DNA from: the human T2T-CHM13v2.0 reference genome, Homo sapiens
Reading direction: 5' to 3' (one strand)
Assembly: GCF_009914755.1 (NCBI RefSeq)
Contig: NC_060943.1
Length of the DNA stretch: 64,000 nucleotides
Shown here: positions 13,470-28,424 of the stretch, one piece after another
How positions within the stretch are numbered: the first letter of the stretch is position 1
Layout: every line of letters starts with the position of its first letter
The notes under the pieces: generated by a model
The model's database searches: none
The model's input: the letters and a program-made list of their open reading frames with translations, nothing else
Told to the model about the DNA's origin: nothing
Translations under genes and position numbers: made by a program

Positions 13470-14828
13470 GCTCAGAATGTGGGCTCCCACACTCATCAGG
13501 ACAACTAGAATAATCCAGGGTGTCAGAAAGAGTTGGTTCTCTCCAATCTAGCTGAGAATATCTCTTCCCGGACTTTCAAGATACCAGCTATTGGGTAATG
13601 GCCAAACGACAACAGGCTTTAAATCACACCAAACTGCTTTCAAAACCTGAATCTGACCTTGCTATCTTTATGTGCTTGGGAGAGTCACATTACCTGTCTA
13701 AGACTCACTTTGCTTTTCCATAAAATGGCACTAATAATGCTGTCTGCTTTGTAAGCATGTTTGGAAGACGGATGATCGGGGATTATTATATTCTGCCTCT
13801 CTGTTTAGCTAGGAGGGAAGGCTCCGGAGCCAGGAAGGCTGGGATATGATCATTGCTTTGTCTCTGAAAACTATGAGATTTAGGAAAATTACCCACTTGA
13901 CTCAATTTTGTCATTTATAAAATGAGGGCAATGCCAGTACCTACCTTATATAGAGTTTTGGTGGAGAACACATAGTTACTGCATGTGACGTGCAAAGTAA
14001 ACTCTGAACATGTTGTTAGACTCACTCAATAATGTGGGCTATTGTGATCACTACTATAATGTTACTCTAAAAACGATGATAATATTATCATAGTTTTGTG
14101 GCTACACAGAGCCTGATAAACTTTGCTCAGTAATAATACCTGTTTTTATGAATCATTGTTAACATTTTCTTGAAGGTCCTTGGACATCTGACATATTCCC
14201 TGATTTACTTTCCAAAGTTCTGGGCTCCCCATCTCAAGCTTACAGACTTAGCCTGGACGGATGCCGGCATTTGTTTTTTTCAAATATTTACTCAGCAACA
14301 TCTCCTGGGACTCGGGACTCTGATGTGCCACATCCTGTATAGGAAACAGGTGATGTGGAAATGAGTCAGACTCAGCTCCTGCCCCTGACAGACTCTGACA
14401 GAGAAATCTGCAATGCACTGATAAGACTCTGCTACCAGAAGCTTAGGCGCTGCTGAAACGCAAAAGAGATACCAATTTATCTTTTCCTAAGGAGTGAAGG
14501 AAAGCCCCTTGGCCATGAAAACCCCTCAGATGGTACCAAAAATATAGACAATTGATCCAGAGAGGAAAAGAGGGGAAGGAAAGAGTAGAGAGCATCCTCA
14601 AATGAGAGAGCAGTGTATTCGGAAGCATCAGTAGCTATGAGAAGCTACAGGCTCAAACAAGGGGAAAGATTTAGGAGGAGAATTATTCTCAATTGCTGGA
14701 GTGAGGGGTTGAGCCAAATAGGTTAAATTAAAATTTTCATTGTTGACCATGGAAGGGCTGCGCACTGGGGCAATAGGAGAAACCTCCAGGAGTGTTCAGG
14801 GAAAGAAAGCAATTAAACGTGGATCATG

Positions 14829-15145
<317 letters not shown>

Positions 15146-15174
15146 AGATAAATTTTTAAAAGAGAGGGAGATTT

Positions 15175-15473
<299 letters not shown>

Positions 15474-15564
15474 AGAAGATGACTGTGGGAATGGTAAACT
15501 GATTTCCAGGATGGGATACCCAAAAGGCACTGCAGACCTGGGGAGAGGGTAGCAGCAATATTGA

Positions 15565-16121
<557 letters not shown>

Positions 16122-17069
16122 TACAAATGTGTTAATATCTCAGGGTGTGTGTGTGTGTCTGGGGAGGGCCAGGTGGTTTTCTGTGCTGAGTTTGCTCTGT
16201 AGGGAAGAGCTGTGTTTTCTGGGGCTGTAGAGTTTAGCTCAGTCCTGATCATCAGCAATACGAATGTCAAACAGGAAGGCTTGTGTCTTATTTGGATGAA
16301 GATGCAGACCTGTGGAAGGATTTTGATCAGGGCCAGAAACAGGAAAGTTTGGGGCTATGAGAATTAATAGACATCAGCAGCAGTGAGGGTCTGGAGTAGG
16401 GGGCTGGGAGGAGGCTGATGTGGTGACAGAGACACGATGTCTTCAGTCTCCAGCTGAGCTTGGACTGTGGGGATGGGTCAGGGGACGTGGGTGAGGAGGG
16501 ACTCGGGGAAAGAGCTGTTTGGATTTGTTCACGGTGTGGGGAGCAGAAGAGCGTGAGGAACTGAGAGTTGCTCCAGTCTCTGCCTTGGTTCACTGGAGGA
16601 GCCGATGGGGCTGTCTCGGGATGGATGACCCCAGGAGAAGCAGCAGGCAGGGGAGGTGTTGATAAGATGGATAACTGGCCTCAGAGAAAGCAGAGCCTCC
16701 CTCCAAGCCCGAGTGTGTGGTTTTGTTCCTCCCAAACACTTCCTTCATCTGACTTCCTTTGTTCTATAATTAGCAGCACCTTCTCTTCATTCTTCTCTTT
16801 CAAAACCTCTGATTCATTTCTACCTCCTCACTACAGTGTGTTTTCTGAAAGTTCTCAAAGCACAGACTAATTCCCATTTTCCAGGAGAACCACACATTTC
16901 ATATGGCTTCAAGCCAGACAATGGGAATCCACGCAGAGAGAACATGCACGCACACAAACAGGAAGGACGCAGACGGGCTTTGGGGGTGACGAGGGACAGC
17001 TTCACCCTGAGGTCTCAGGCGAGGGGTGAGGAAGGAGACTCATGTGAACTCCTCTGTCTCTGCTCTCAG

Positions 17070-17375
17070 GCTTGTTCACAAAACCCTGCATCTCAGCGCA
17101 CCCAAGCCCCCTGGTGCACGCAAGAGCCAGCGTGAGCCTGCGCTGTCACTCAGAGCTGGCCTTTGATGAATTTATCTTATACAAAGAGGGGCACACACAA
17201 CATTCCCAGCAGTATGGTAGGATGATCCAGGCTGGGGATCACTCCTTCAAGGCTGTCTTTTCCATGGGTCCTATAACGCCTGCCCGTGCAGAAGCCTATA
17301 GGTGCTGTGGCTGTTTCAGTCACTCCTGCTATGAGTGGTCGGCTCCCAGTGACCCCCTGGACATTGTGATCACAG
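17070..17375 (+). pseudogene. Orphan KIR3DX-lineage D1 Ig exon (gene fragment, duplicate of KIR3DX1 exon 4)
   Basis: 306 nt, open frame, ctctcag| and |gtgagt intact; 82 of 101 aa identical to the KIR3DX1 D1 exon by hand count; flanks 16833-17472 align with 30696-31330. Confidence 0.93.
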
Positions 17376-17628
17376 GTGAGTGTGGCTGGACCATTCATGG
17401 TCTTTTGGTGCCCAGGAAACTCCCCAGGGTGATGTGGTTGTTGATCAAACCGCCAGTAGAGGAAGAAAAATACCAGAACATAGAAACACCAAGTAACTTA
17501 TTAGAGGGCCAGAGGAGGGGATGAAGGAAAGGGGGAGAAACAGAGAACTTGTGATAGTTAAAGAGAAAACAAGTTAGACAGTGACAGAGAATGTGAAACA
17601 GATATTGAGAGAGATTCGCAAACATAGA

Positions 17629-17795
17629 CAATGCCTCCTCCTGACCTCTCACCTGTGTCCTCAATGCCTCCTCCTGACCTCTCACCTGTGTCCTCAGTGC
17701 ATCCTCCTGACCTCTCACCTGTGTCTTCAGTGCCTCCTCCTGACCTCTCACCTGTGTCCTCAGTGCCTCCTCCTGACCACTCACCTGTGTCCTCA
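17629..17795. repeat. 33-bp minisatellite x5
   Basis: CA(A/G)TGCCTCCTCCTGACCTCTCACCTGTGTCCT repeated. Confidence 0.93.
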
Positions 17796-19038
17796 AACAT
17801 CACTTCCTCATGACTCCCTTTCCGCAACAGAAGAGCTATGCCAGTCTATTTTCTAATCACCCACAGCCAAGGAATGATTCCACATACGAATGTCATAGTG
17901 CGTAGTTACCTGTTTTGTAGTTATTTCTAGACATCTATCACATCCCCTAGACTAGCAGGGCTCACAGGACAGGATCCATGTCAGTGAAGCGTATGCTTTA
18001 TTTTTCATTCTTGGTTAATTGTATGAAATAAGGTTGACATTTATAGACATATGCTGGCAGAATGGATGGAAGCATGGATGGACTATAAATGGACAGACAC
18101 AGAGGGAAGAGTTGATGATGTATTCAGTATTCAAATGCACACTTAAAATCTGTCGTATATCAAGCCAGCAACCTCTCCTGCTGCTTTCCCCCTTGAATTC
18201 TGGGATATTCAGCTCTGCTCTCAGTTTCCTGGCTCAGGGATTTCCTCCTTGTCCATTTTGCCCAGGTGAGACGCACACAGAGATCACAAACTCAGATCAG
18301 CCTGACAAATCCTAAAGCAAAATCATACCTGCAGCATTGACTATATAATCCACTGGACCCCATGCAAAATGAAAATAGAGGGCCCCATGTTCAAACATCA
18401 AGATGTCAACACGAGGGCATTAAACTCAGCTTGGAACTCTGATGGCACGGCTCCTGGACAGTGAAGCCAGCCCTGCACAGAGACATAAGCAATTGGGGGA
18501 TTGCACACAGCATATACCAGGCACCTCGAGATCCCAGAGCTGCATGCACCCAACACACGCCAGGTATTCCAGATGCATCAGACAGAAAGTGCCCCTGGAG
18601 GTGATGGTTGCAGATCTGGGGGCCTCCAAAGCCCACTTCGCCACTCTCTGCTTCAGTCGTCATACTGGACATGGACTGTGTCCCTGCACAGACCCTGTGT
18701 ATACCTAGTCCGTTCACTGCACTGCAGGGACTCAGACTTGGTAACTGAGTGTATGAATGTGTATGAATGAAAATAGCATGTTGATTGTGTTGGATTATCT
18801 TTACTTAACAAAGTGGCATGCAGTTTTATGAAGTTTTAAATGGAATAAATAGTGACGTCTTCACATAAGCCTCCTTAGGAAGTGACTAATATCACCCACG
18901 CTTACAGGATGAGGAGGTTGAGCTTCACAGCTTGTGCAGCAGGCTGAGAGTCACGGAGCAAACAGGCCGCAGATCCTGGAATGAGCCCAGGCTGGCAGAG
19001 GTCAGAACCCAGTCTTGTGACCACAATGCTTTGCCACC

Positions 19039-19682
<644 letters not shown>

Positions 19683-19689
19683 CCAAATC

Positions 19690-20090
19690 ATTCATTCATT
19701 CATTTATTCATTCTTCATTGAGTCATTCGGTAATTCCCCGTATAGTTACTAATCACTAAATGTGTGCCAAGTACGGGGCTCCTCACTTCGTACAATTACG
19801 GTATATTGTAGACACAAAGAGTGTCTTCATGGTGGGAACTGGAGGAGAAACAATGAAAAAGTGGAGAAATAGAAATAAATGACATCAATGATAAATTTTA
19901 TGAAAGAAAATGTTAAAACTAAACCATGAAAACTAATACAGAAGCCTACTTGCCTACGGTGGTAAGGAAAGAAATCTTGGAGCTGGTGATATTTGCACTC
20001 AACAGTGATATGAGGTGTGGGGAGAGGGATGGAAGTTGAGATAGAGAGAAGAGCACGTGCAAAAGTCCTGGGGTGAGGGAAATGTGAAGG
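19690..20090 (-). mobile_element. L2 3' end fragment
   Basis: (CATT)n tail, then ATGTGTGCCA...CACGTGCAAAAGTCCTGGGGTG. Confidence 0.6.
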
Positions 20091-21591
20091 ATCCATTTCT
20101 TTTGCTGTAAATAAGACAACATACTGTCCTGAGTGTACGTGGGTATTTATAAAGTAATAATATTTATCTAAAACTTGGAGTGAAGTATCTGAATGAACGT
20201 ATGCTTCGAGTAAGGGTTATAAACCATTGTGTCTATTTATGTACAGATGAGAATACCACATATTCCAGCCCTGCCGTGAAGGAAAGGTGGAATCAGAGAT
20301 GAGGAATCTTCAGCTCAGATAGGAGACACACAGAAAGGTTTGCATGTGGAAGTGCCAGCCTGTCAACCTCTCCAGAGGCTCCAGAAGTGAGGCCAGAATT
20401 TTGATGATAGGAGATAGACTTTGGAGGTCATCACCCACATCCCCTGTCATGGTCACTGTCATTGTCCCTATTCCAGGCAGTCAGAAGGAAAAATGAAGGA
20501 TGAACATAATGCGTTGGGTTCAATGGGCCAGGGCTGGAAGCAGCCACCTCTCCTGGGCAAAGCCTCAATTTCACAGATCTTCTCAGGTGAGAATTGAATC
20601 ACTGCAAATGAAAAGCTTGCCCTTGGGTTGTGTCGACAGGTTTGAAGCAGGCAGGGAAATCTATTCATGGCAGAGATATAAACGGTCCCTTTATTCTATG
20701 GGTGGATGTGGATCAAGAATTCTAGACACACAGGGTGAAGCCTGTGTCCAAACTAATAGGACCTTCACACTGTTTTCAGCATGGAGAGCTCACAAGTATT
20801 GGAGGATTGGGAGAATGGGGTGTCTAGAATAACGTAAAGCAACAGGAAGCTTGATTCACCCAGATGGGTAACCTGAGCATATGCCCTCCTATGGATCAGC
20901 TCAGGAATTCCACGCTGGCTTCAACACAAAGGCCTTTTCACCCGTGCTTGCTAACATTCAGATTCCCATTAAAGATGTGTGTTTTTAATTAATCATTTCA
21001 AATAAAACCTTGACATTATTTTGCATTAATTTTTCATGTTTAAGTAATTGGTTTAATCGAGAAACGGAAGTGCATGAGGCAGATACTAAGTTAGTTAGGT
21101 CATTGCAAATATTTAGTTGGACTTTTATCATCCCTCGGCCTCAGATTTTCTGAAGCCTCTGATGCCGTTCACCCCTCTGACCTACGTGAAAGTAGCTCTT
21201 ATCTTGTTCACCTTTTGGACCTTGTTTCAAAAGTAATGATAGAAATGAGCAGTCCAGTTGAGAAAACAAGATACTCTGGGAGGGTAGGTGCTGAAAATTC
21301 TTGGAGAAACCAAAGCTGAAGACAAGACTCTCAATCAATTGATCTTGGCAAGGAATTGTGTTTTCTCTCTTCACTGTTTAATACTGGTCAATACAATTAT
21401 GGATGTTTTGATCTGGAGTGATTCTTTGTTAACATCTCTCGTATTCATCCAGAGAATGTAAATAAGGGCATAAAACAAATGTAAATATTCCTATGATAAA
21501 ATAATTATTCTGCTATGGAGAATATTGGATCTTGCTCCTTAGCGTGGGTTATTTGGGTGAAACACTGAGAAACATGAATGTCAAAGAGTCC

Positions 21592-21876
<285 letters not shown>

Positions 21877-22336
21877 CTAGAGTGTTCCCATCTTCCAACA
21901 CCCACCTTGATTTTCTCTAGTCCAGCAATGAGTCAGGTCTCAGCATGGTCGAAGCAGGGAAGGAGCATCTCATGCTGCTTTCCTTGTGGTCATACCTTGC
22001 CAATGCCACTTCCAGAGGCAGGTTTTTCATTCCTTCTTTCAGCTTTCAGGGTCTGGATACTCTGAGGACACTGGTTTTGCCTCTGTGCATTGATGAATGC
22101 CTCCGTTAATCTGCAAGTGAAGAGTAAGGAAATTGCTTTTCACACATTACTTAGAGGGCTTTTGGTACTGTCAGCGAAGGACACTTGTCTGATGATATCG
22201 ATGTCAACCACAACTTGCAAAATATCCCATAGACTCAAATTTTAGGAAACTATTCTAACCAAAGCTCATCATCTGAAAGCTGTTGCTCTATGCACAGGGT
22301 CCTGGGCTTCTCTGTGTGTGGCTCTTCCCCCCACAC

Positions 22337-22624
22337 AGGAGACCCATCCTCTCGTGAGATCTTCACCCTGCGCAGGAGACCCGTCCTCTCCCGAGATCTT
22401 CGCCCCGCGCGGGAGATCCGGCCTCTCCCGAGATCTTCACCCCACGTAGGAGACAGGTCCTCTCGCGAGATCATCACCCCATGCAGGAGACCCGTCCTCT
22501 CGCGAAATCTGCACCCCTAGCATGAGATTCCCTCCTATCGCGAGATCTTCACCCAACTCAAGAGACCCGTCCTCTCCCGAGATCTTCAAGGCACGCGGAA
22601 GACCCGTCCTCTCGCGAGATCTTC
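22337..22624. repeat. CpG-rich minisatellite, ~37-bp unit x8
   Basis: Unit AGGAGACCCGTCCTCTCGCGAGATCTTCACCCCACGC with variants. Confidence 0.92.
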
Positions 22625-22997
22625 CATGCGATGGCTCCTGCCTCTGCTCATATCCAAACTCCTCCTCAGCCAGGTGTCTGATGACTCCACTGCCATCATC
22701 CCAGAAATTTGTTCCTAGAGAACACAAACAAATTTCTTCTCTATTCTTCATACCAAAGAAAATACTATGATATTTCTGCATGTTTATATTATTGTTAAGT
22801 GAACGGCAGTAATTGCTTATCTTCCAAAACGAAGAGCTGAGTAATGATATATCTTTAAACTCCATCCTTTTGACAGTGATTGAAATGGACAAAACAGTAG
22901 AAAGTAGAGCTGATATGTGTGATCACTTTTAATGACACAGATTAACAGTGAAAACCACAAAGACCTGTGGTACTTGTATCTAGGTAGTAGAACATTG

Positions 22998-23200
22998 GCC
23001 TGTAAACACAGCACTTCGGGAGGCCGAGGCAGGTGGATTGCCTGAGGTCAGGAGTTCGACACCAGCCTGCACAACATGGCGAAACCCCGTGTCTACTAAT
23101 GATACAAAAAATTAGCTGGGCATGGTGGTGCAAACCTGTAATCCCAGCTACTCGGGAGGCTGCCAGATCCAGCCACGAGACACCTTTCAAAAAAAAAAAA
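22998..23200 (+). mobile_element. Internally deleted Alu
   Basis: Left arm, partial right arm, polyA. Confidence 0.85.
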
Positions 23201-23208
23201 GAACTTGG

Positions 23209-23860
23209 TGTATAAGATAATTTTTACACTGCCATAAAGAACTACCTGAGACTGGGTAATTTATGAAGAAGAGAGGTTTAATTGACTCACAGTTCCACAG
23301 ACTTAACAGGAAGCATGACTGGGAGGCCTCAGGAAACTTACAATCATGGCGGATGTTGAAGGGGAAGCGGGGACCTTCTTCTCATGGCTGCAGGATAAAG
23401 AGAGAACCAGGGGAGACGTGTCACACTTTCAAACCACCAGCTCTTGTGAGAACTCATGATCATGAGAACAGCAAGTGAGAAATCTGCCCCCATGATCCAA
23501 TCATCTCTCACTGGGCCCCCCTCCAATACATGGAAACTGCAATTCTAGATGAGATTTGGGAGGGGACATAGCCAAATCATATCATTTTGCCCCTGGCCCC
23601 TCCCAAATCTCGTGACCTTCTCACATTTCAAAACCAATCATGCCTTCCCAACAGTTCCCAAAGTCTTAGCTCATTCCAGCATGAATTCACAAGTCCAAGT
23701 CCAAAGTCTCATCTAAGACAAGGCAAGTCTCTTCCCCGTATAAGCCTGTAAAATTAAAAACAAGTTAGCTACTTCCAAGATACAATGGGGATATAGGCAC
23801 TGGGTGAATGTTTCCATTCCAAATGGGAGAAATTATCCAAAGCCAAGGGGCCACAGGCCG
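23209..23860 (-). mobile_element. MaLR THE1D/MSTA-type LTR (to ~23584) plus adjoining internal sequence
   Basis: AAAGAACTACCTGAGACTGGGTAATTTAT...GGCCTCAGGAAACTTACAATCATGGC...CAAATCATATCA, then CAAAGTCTCATCTAAGACAAGGCAAGTC internal motif. Confidence 0.85.
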
Positions 23861-24902
23861 TGTGGTGATGGGTTTGTAGGTGCAGCAAACCACCAGGGCA
23901 CAAGTTTACTTATGTGGCAAACCTGCACGTCCTGGACATGTACCCTGGAACTTAAAATAAACAAAATAACATTGATTATAAAAAGATATGAGGCCTAGAG
24001 AATCCCAGGAATACCTCCGCCGAACCCCACAACCCACAACCCCAGTGTCACTAGGTTGCTGGGACAACACTGGCACTACCTGCCTCAAAACTTATTGTGA
24101 AGTGAAACATTAAATGTCTTTATTATTAAAACAAAAGGAGAGAATGACAATGATCGTAACAAATACTTTCAAGCTTTATGGACATATACAAATTGTACAT
24201 ATTTGGTGGGTGGAATATGATGTTTTGATGTATGTGAAATAATTACCACAATCGAGCTAACAAGAAAGTGTCTCTCCCCTCACAGGGTTATCATTTTTGT
24301 CTTCATTTTTTTTTATGTGGTGAGAATATGTAAGACGTATCCTGTTAGCAAATTTCAGGTGTGTAATACAGTCTTTTTACACTATAGTCAGGCGGGTTTT
24401 GAGTGTGGGAAATGAGGACACGTTGGTCAAAGGCTACAAAGTTTGGTTATGCAGGATGAAAATGTTCTAGAGATCTAATGTAAGCATGGTGACGATAGCT
24501 CACAGAGCTTCCGATGGAAGAGGCTATTTTGTGTGCAGATTTTGCCTTGCTCCAAGATGGCAAAACTGCAGAAGAAATTGTCCAATGGGCAGAAGAAACT
24601 GGAGGTTTATTGGGATGTGTTGACTTCCCTCCACCAATTGAAGATAAGAGATGACCAGAATTCAAGGTGCTGCCTACTTCACGTTAGTATTGAGGAAGGA
24701 GCTCATTCCTCTTAACAATGAAGAGTAATCAGATTTTAAACTGTCATGGTTGCTGTAAAGAAAAAGCAAAGCGTAAATATACCCTAATAAAATTTTTGTG
24801 TATAAGAAGGGAAACTATTCAGAAAGTGAAAGTGATACAAATATGAGATAGCCCCAGAGAAATTTGAGGCACCTCGAGTTTCTTTCAAAAATAAAATGCA
24901 AT

Positions 24903-25568
<666 letters not shown>

Positions 25569-27979
25569 TTATTTCTGACCTTCTGAATTTACTCTTTTAT
25601 ATGTTTTTCCAGAGGAATCCATAAGCCTGTTAGGAGATTAGGCTACGAAATTTCTTTAAATGTACCTCAAGTGAATAGAACCTTTTAAATCATCATGAAT
25701 GGACACGAAACTCACCACTGGCTCTTGCCTGCAAGAGCCTTGTTTCTTTACCTAATTCATCAACTATTTGTATTTATTGTTTGGGCAGCACTTCTGGAAA
25801 ATTTGCACGATATACCTAAGATCTACAGATGATGTGGGTCCTTCTGGAAATAATTCATGAAGGAAAATAGTTTAAAGACATACTAATTACCATGTAATGC
25901 ATCACGGGCATTCAATATTTAGTAGAGCTTGTTTTAGTGAAGAGTTGCGAATTTAGGTATTGAATTCAGTAATCAAAATATGCCCCACATCAATATCCCA
26001 AATTAACTCCTGTAATTATTTATACTTCTCAACACTGCTTTAAAAAGCACAGAATCACATTCTTCAATATAAAATTAAAAATTTCGAATTTCATGGAACG
26101 CTTTGAAATTTTTATGGACTTAACCCTCACCTTCAAAAGCCAAACTTTTGAAGTTATCAGTGTTCAAATTTTCCTTCTTCAAAGGCCACGGCCCCTCTGC
26201 TATTACTTATGCTGTGTCTTGTTCTCACAGTCCAGTGTACGCTTACTTCTTAGAACTTTAATTTGTACTAAATAAAAATTGCACTGGATTAAAACAGTTT
26301 ACTTCATAAAGCTGTTGGCCTCATCCCAATGTGTAAACACTGCTAAGCTGTCTTCCTGGCAAGAAACCCGTAAACACCATGAAGTACATTTAGCAACGTC
26401 AATTAACAAGTTCTCCTCATTTTTAACCAATGCATGCGTCATATTTTTAAGTGGGTATTTGTCCCGTGTGTTTGCTTGCAGGGTGACTGTCCACTACTGA
26501 GGTCTTGAACTTTGCAAATCTCACTTCCAAGTCAATCAATTATAACACATTTTATGAAACATAGCACAATGTTTAATAAATGGCACCATTGATTTGTAAA
26601 AATTATTTCTCATAGGTGATACATTTGCTTACAGGTACAGATATTTGTATCACAGCATTTATTCAACATATTTTTCTATTGTAGAATATATTTAAGTAAA
26701 TGTTAACATCAAGTTCATCCTCTGTCATCTGTAATCAGGTATTTTCTGAGAAGTGGAAAAAACAACAGAATCTGACAACGGTTGCTGGCAGTTTTGGGGT
26801 CATCATTCTGTAAAACATGTGTTTTTGTCAGTTTATTTTTATCTTGACATTCCCCATGTCCTGCAGTCCCACCCTGGGGTGTGTACTCAGGGAAACTCAC
26901 TCATAAAACCCAGGACACTCAGGCAAGAATGCTCCGGCAAACATTGCTCCAAAAAACAAAATGTCCGGTGAAAACATACATCATATCTGCCCAAAAGGAC
27001 AAATACATTGAGGAATATGCAAGCGATTTACTGCAGTCTGTCTGTTGTTAAATAAACAAGAGCTATGCAGAGCATTAGGAGCATAGCGGTATCATTTTAC
27101 AATCAAAAACACAAAACAAACTATCCTTTTGTGTTATATTTAAAACGTAAAAATATACGTACATACACACACACAAATATTACCAGATGATAGCTATGAT
27201 ATCAGAGACACATATTTACAAAAATAACACAGAAAAGATCCAAAATTGTATGTGTGTGGTTTTCATACATTGAGAAGTTCTGGGACAGATGAGAGACAAA
27301 GCATGAGTTGATACTATTTTTATGAATATGCTGTTTTTTTTCAGTGTGGATTTCACAGGGCTTTTTTTCTTGCTATAATCTTACTAATTTTTTAATAAAA
27401 TGAATTGGCTTTTGGGGAGAACCTTCAGCGTTATATGCACATATGTTTGTGTTATTCAGAGTTTATATATGTATGTAAATATACACATAGAGAGAGTAGA
27501 GTTTTCTGGAAGAGAAAGATAGAGATCTGTGTCTTGAACTGTGAGTCAAGAAAGGATTTCAGAGAAAACATCAAGAACCAGGATTTTCACGCTCGCTTCT
27601 GTGTTAATAATGCAAAATCAGTTTTTCTTGGTGTTAACTTCTTGAAGCATAGGAGAAAAATTGAAGAACTTGAAAATTGTTCTTAATTTGCAAGTAATTA
27701 ATTTGCAACTTTGAAAATGACAGGATAAACATTTCAGTTTTACTGTACAACCGTTTTACAACACTGACAGTGCATCTATTTTAATTTGGCGGAGAACCTT
27801 GCATCACAGAAATCAAATCATGCATAGTTCTCAAAAAAGGCAATAAGATATTAAGATACAATTCTACACTTTTGCACATAGAAAAATTAAATTTGAAATA
27901 TAGACATTATGGATTGGTCGGTGCTAGGGTTCAAGTCAAGCCTTTGTTAGGGGCTCTGTTGAACCAAGAATACCGTCTG

Positions 27980-28143
27980 CAAGTTTCCTGTGTCACCCAC
28001 TATGTTTAGGGTGAGAGCTGGTCATCTTCCTGTGTGGGGCACCCTCTAAACTCTGCAAACTGAAACTGGAACCATGGTTACCACATCCTGTTCATTTTCC
28101 AATTTAGCTCAACCCCTGTGTCCTGCCCAATAGAAGTGGCACC
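27980..28143 (+). promoter_or_regulatory. KIR3DX1: KIR3DX1 proximal promoter / 5' region with ETS and RUNX motifs
   Basis: TTTCCTG 27984-27990, CTTCCTG 28026-28032, ACCACA 28080-28085 overlapping CATCCTG; immediately 5' of the ATG. Confidence 0.55.
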
Positions 28144-28177
28144 ATGGCCCCCAAACTCATCACCGTCCTGTGTCTGG
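28144..28177 (+). pseudogene. KIR3DX1: KIR3DX1 exon 1 coding part (MAPKLITVLCL)
   Basis: ACCATGG Kozak context; 34 nt; |gtaagt donor. Confidence 0.95.
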
Positions 28178-28388
28178 GTAAGTCCTGGAAGGGAAAGGAG
28201 GACACGGTTGGGATGGAAAATGCTCTCTTGAAGACCTGGCCTCTCCACAACCCAGGTCTGGTGGTGGGAAGCCAGGTTCATCCACCCTCTGAATCCAGGC
28301 TGAGCTGACAAACCCAGTTACAAGGAGGGAAGGATTCACATGAAGACAAGCTATTTTTCTCTCCTCTCTTTTTTTTTTTTTTGCCTAG

Positions 28389-28424
28389 GATTCTGCCTGA
28401 ACCAGAAGATCTGCCCACATGCGG
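28389..28424 (+). pseudogene. KIR3DX1: KIR3DX1 exon 2 (GFCLNQKICPHA)
   Basis: 36-nt LRC-type leader mini-exon; cctag| ... |gtgagt. Confidence 0.95.

Noticed and set aside
17395-17856. Repetitive ORFs such as (LRTQVRGQEEA)n
   Set aside because: Translations of a 33-bp minisatellite whose unit is a multiple of three; no gene context.
24500-24720. Short ORF-like segment as a possible processed pseudogene fragment
   Set aside because: No recognisable protein; it lies among old L1/HAL1 pieces.
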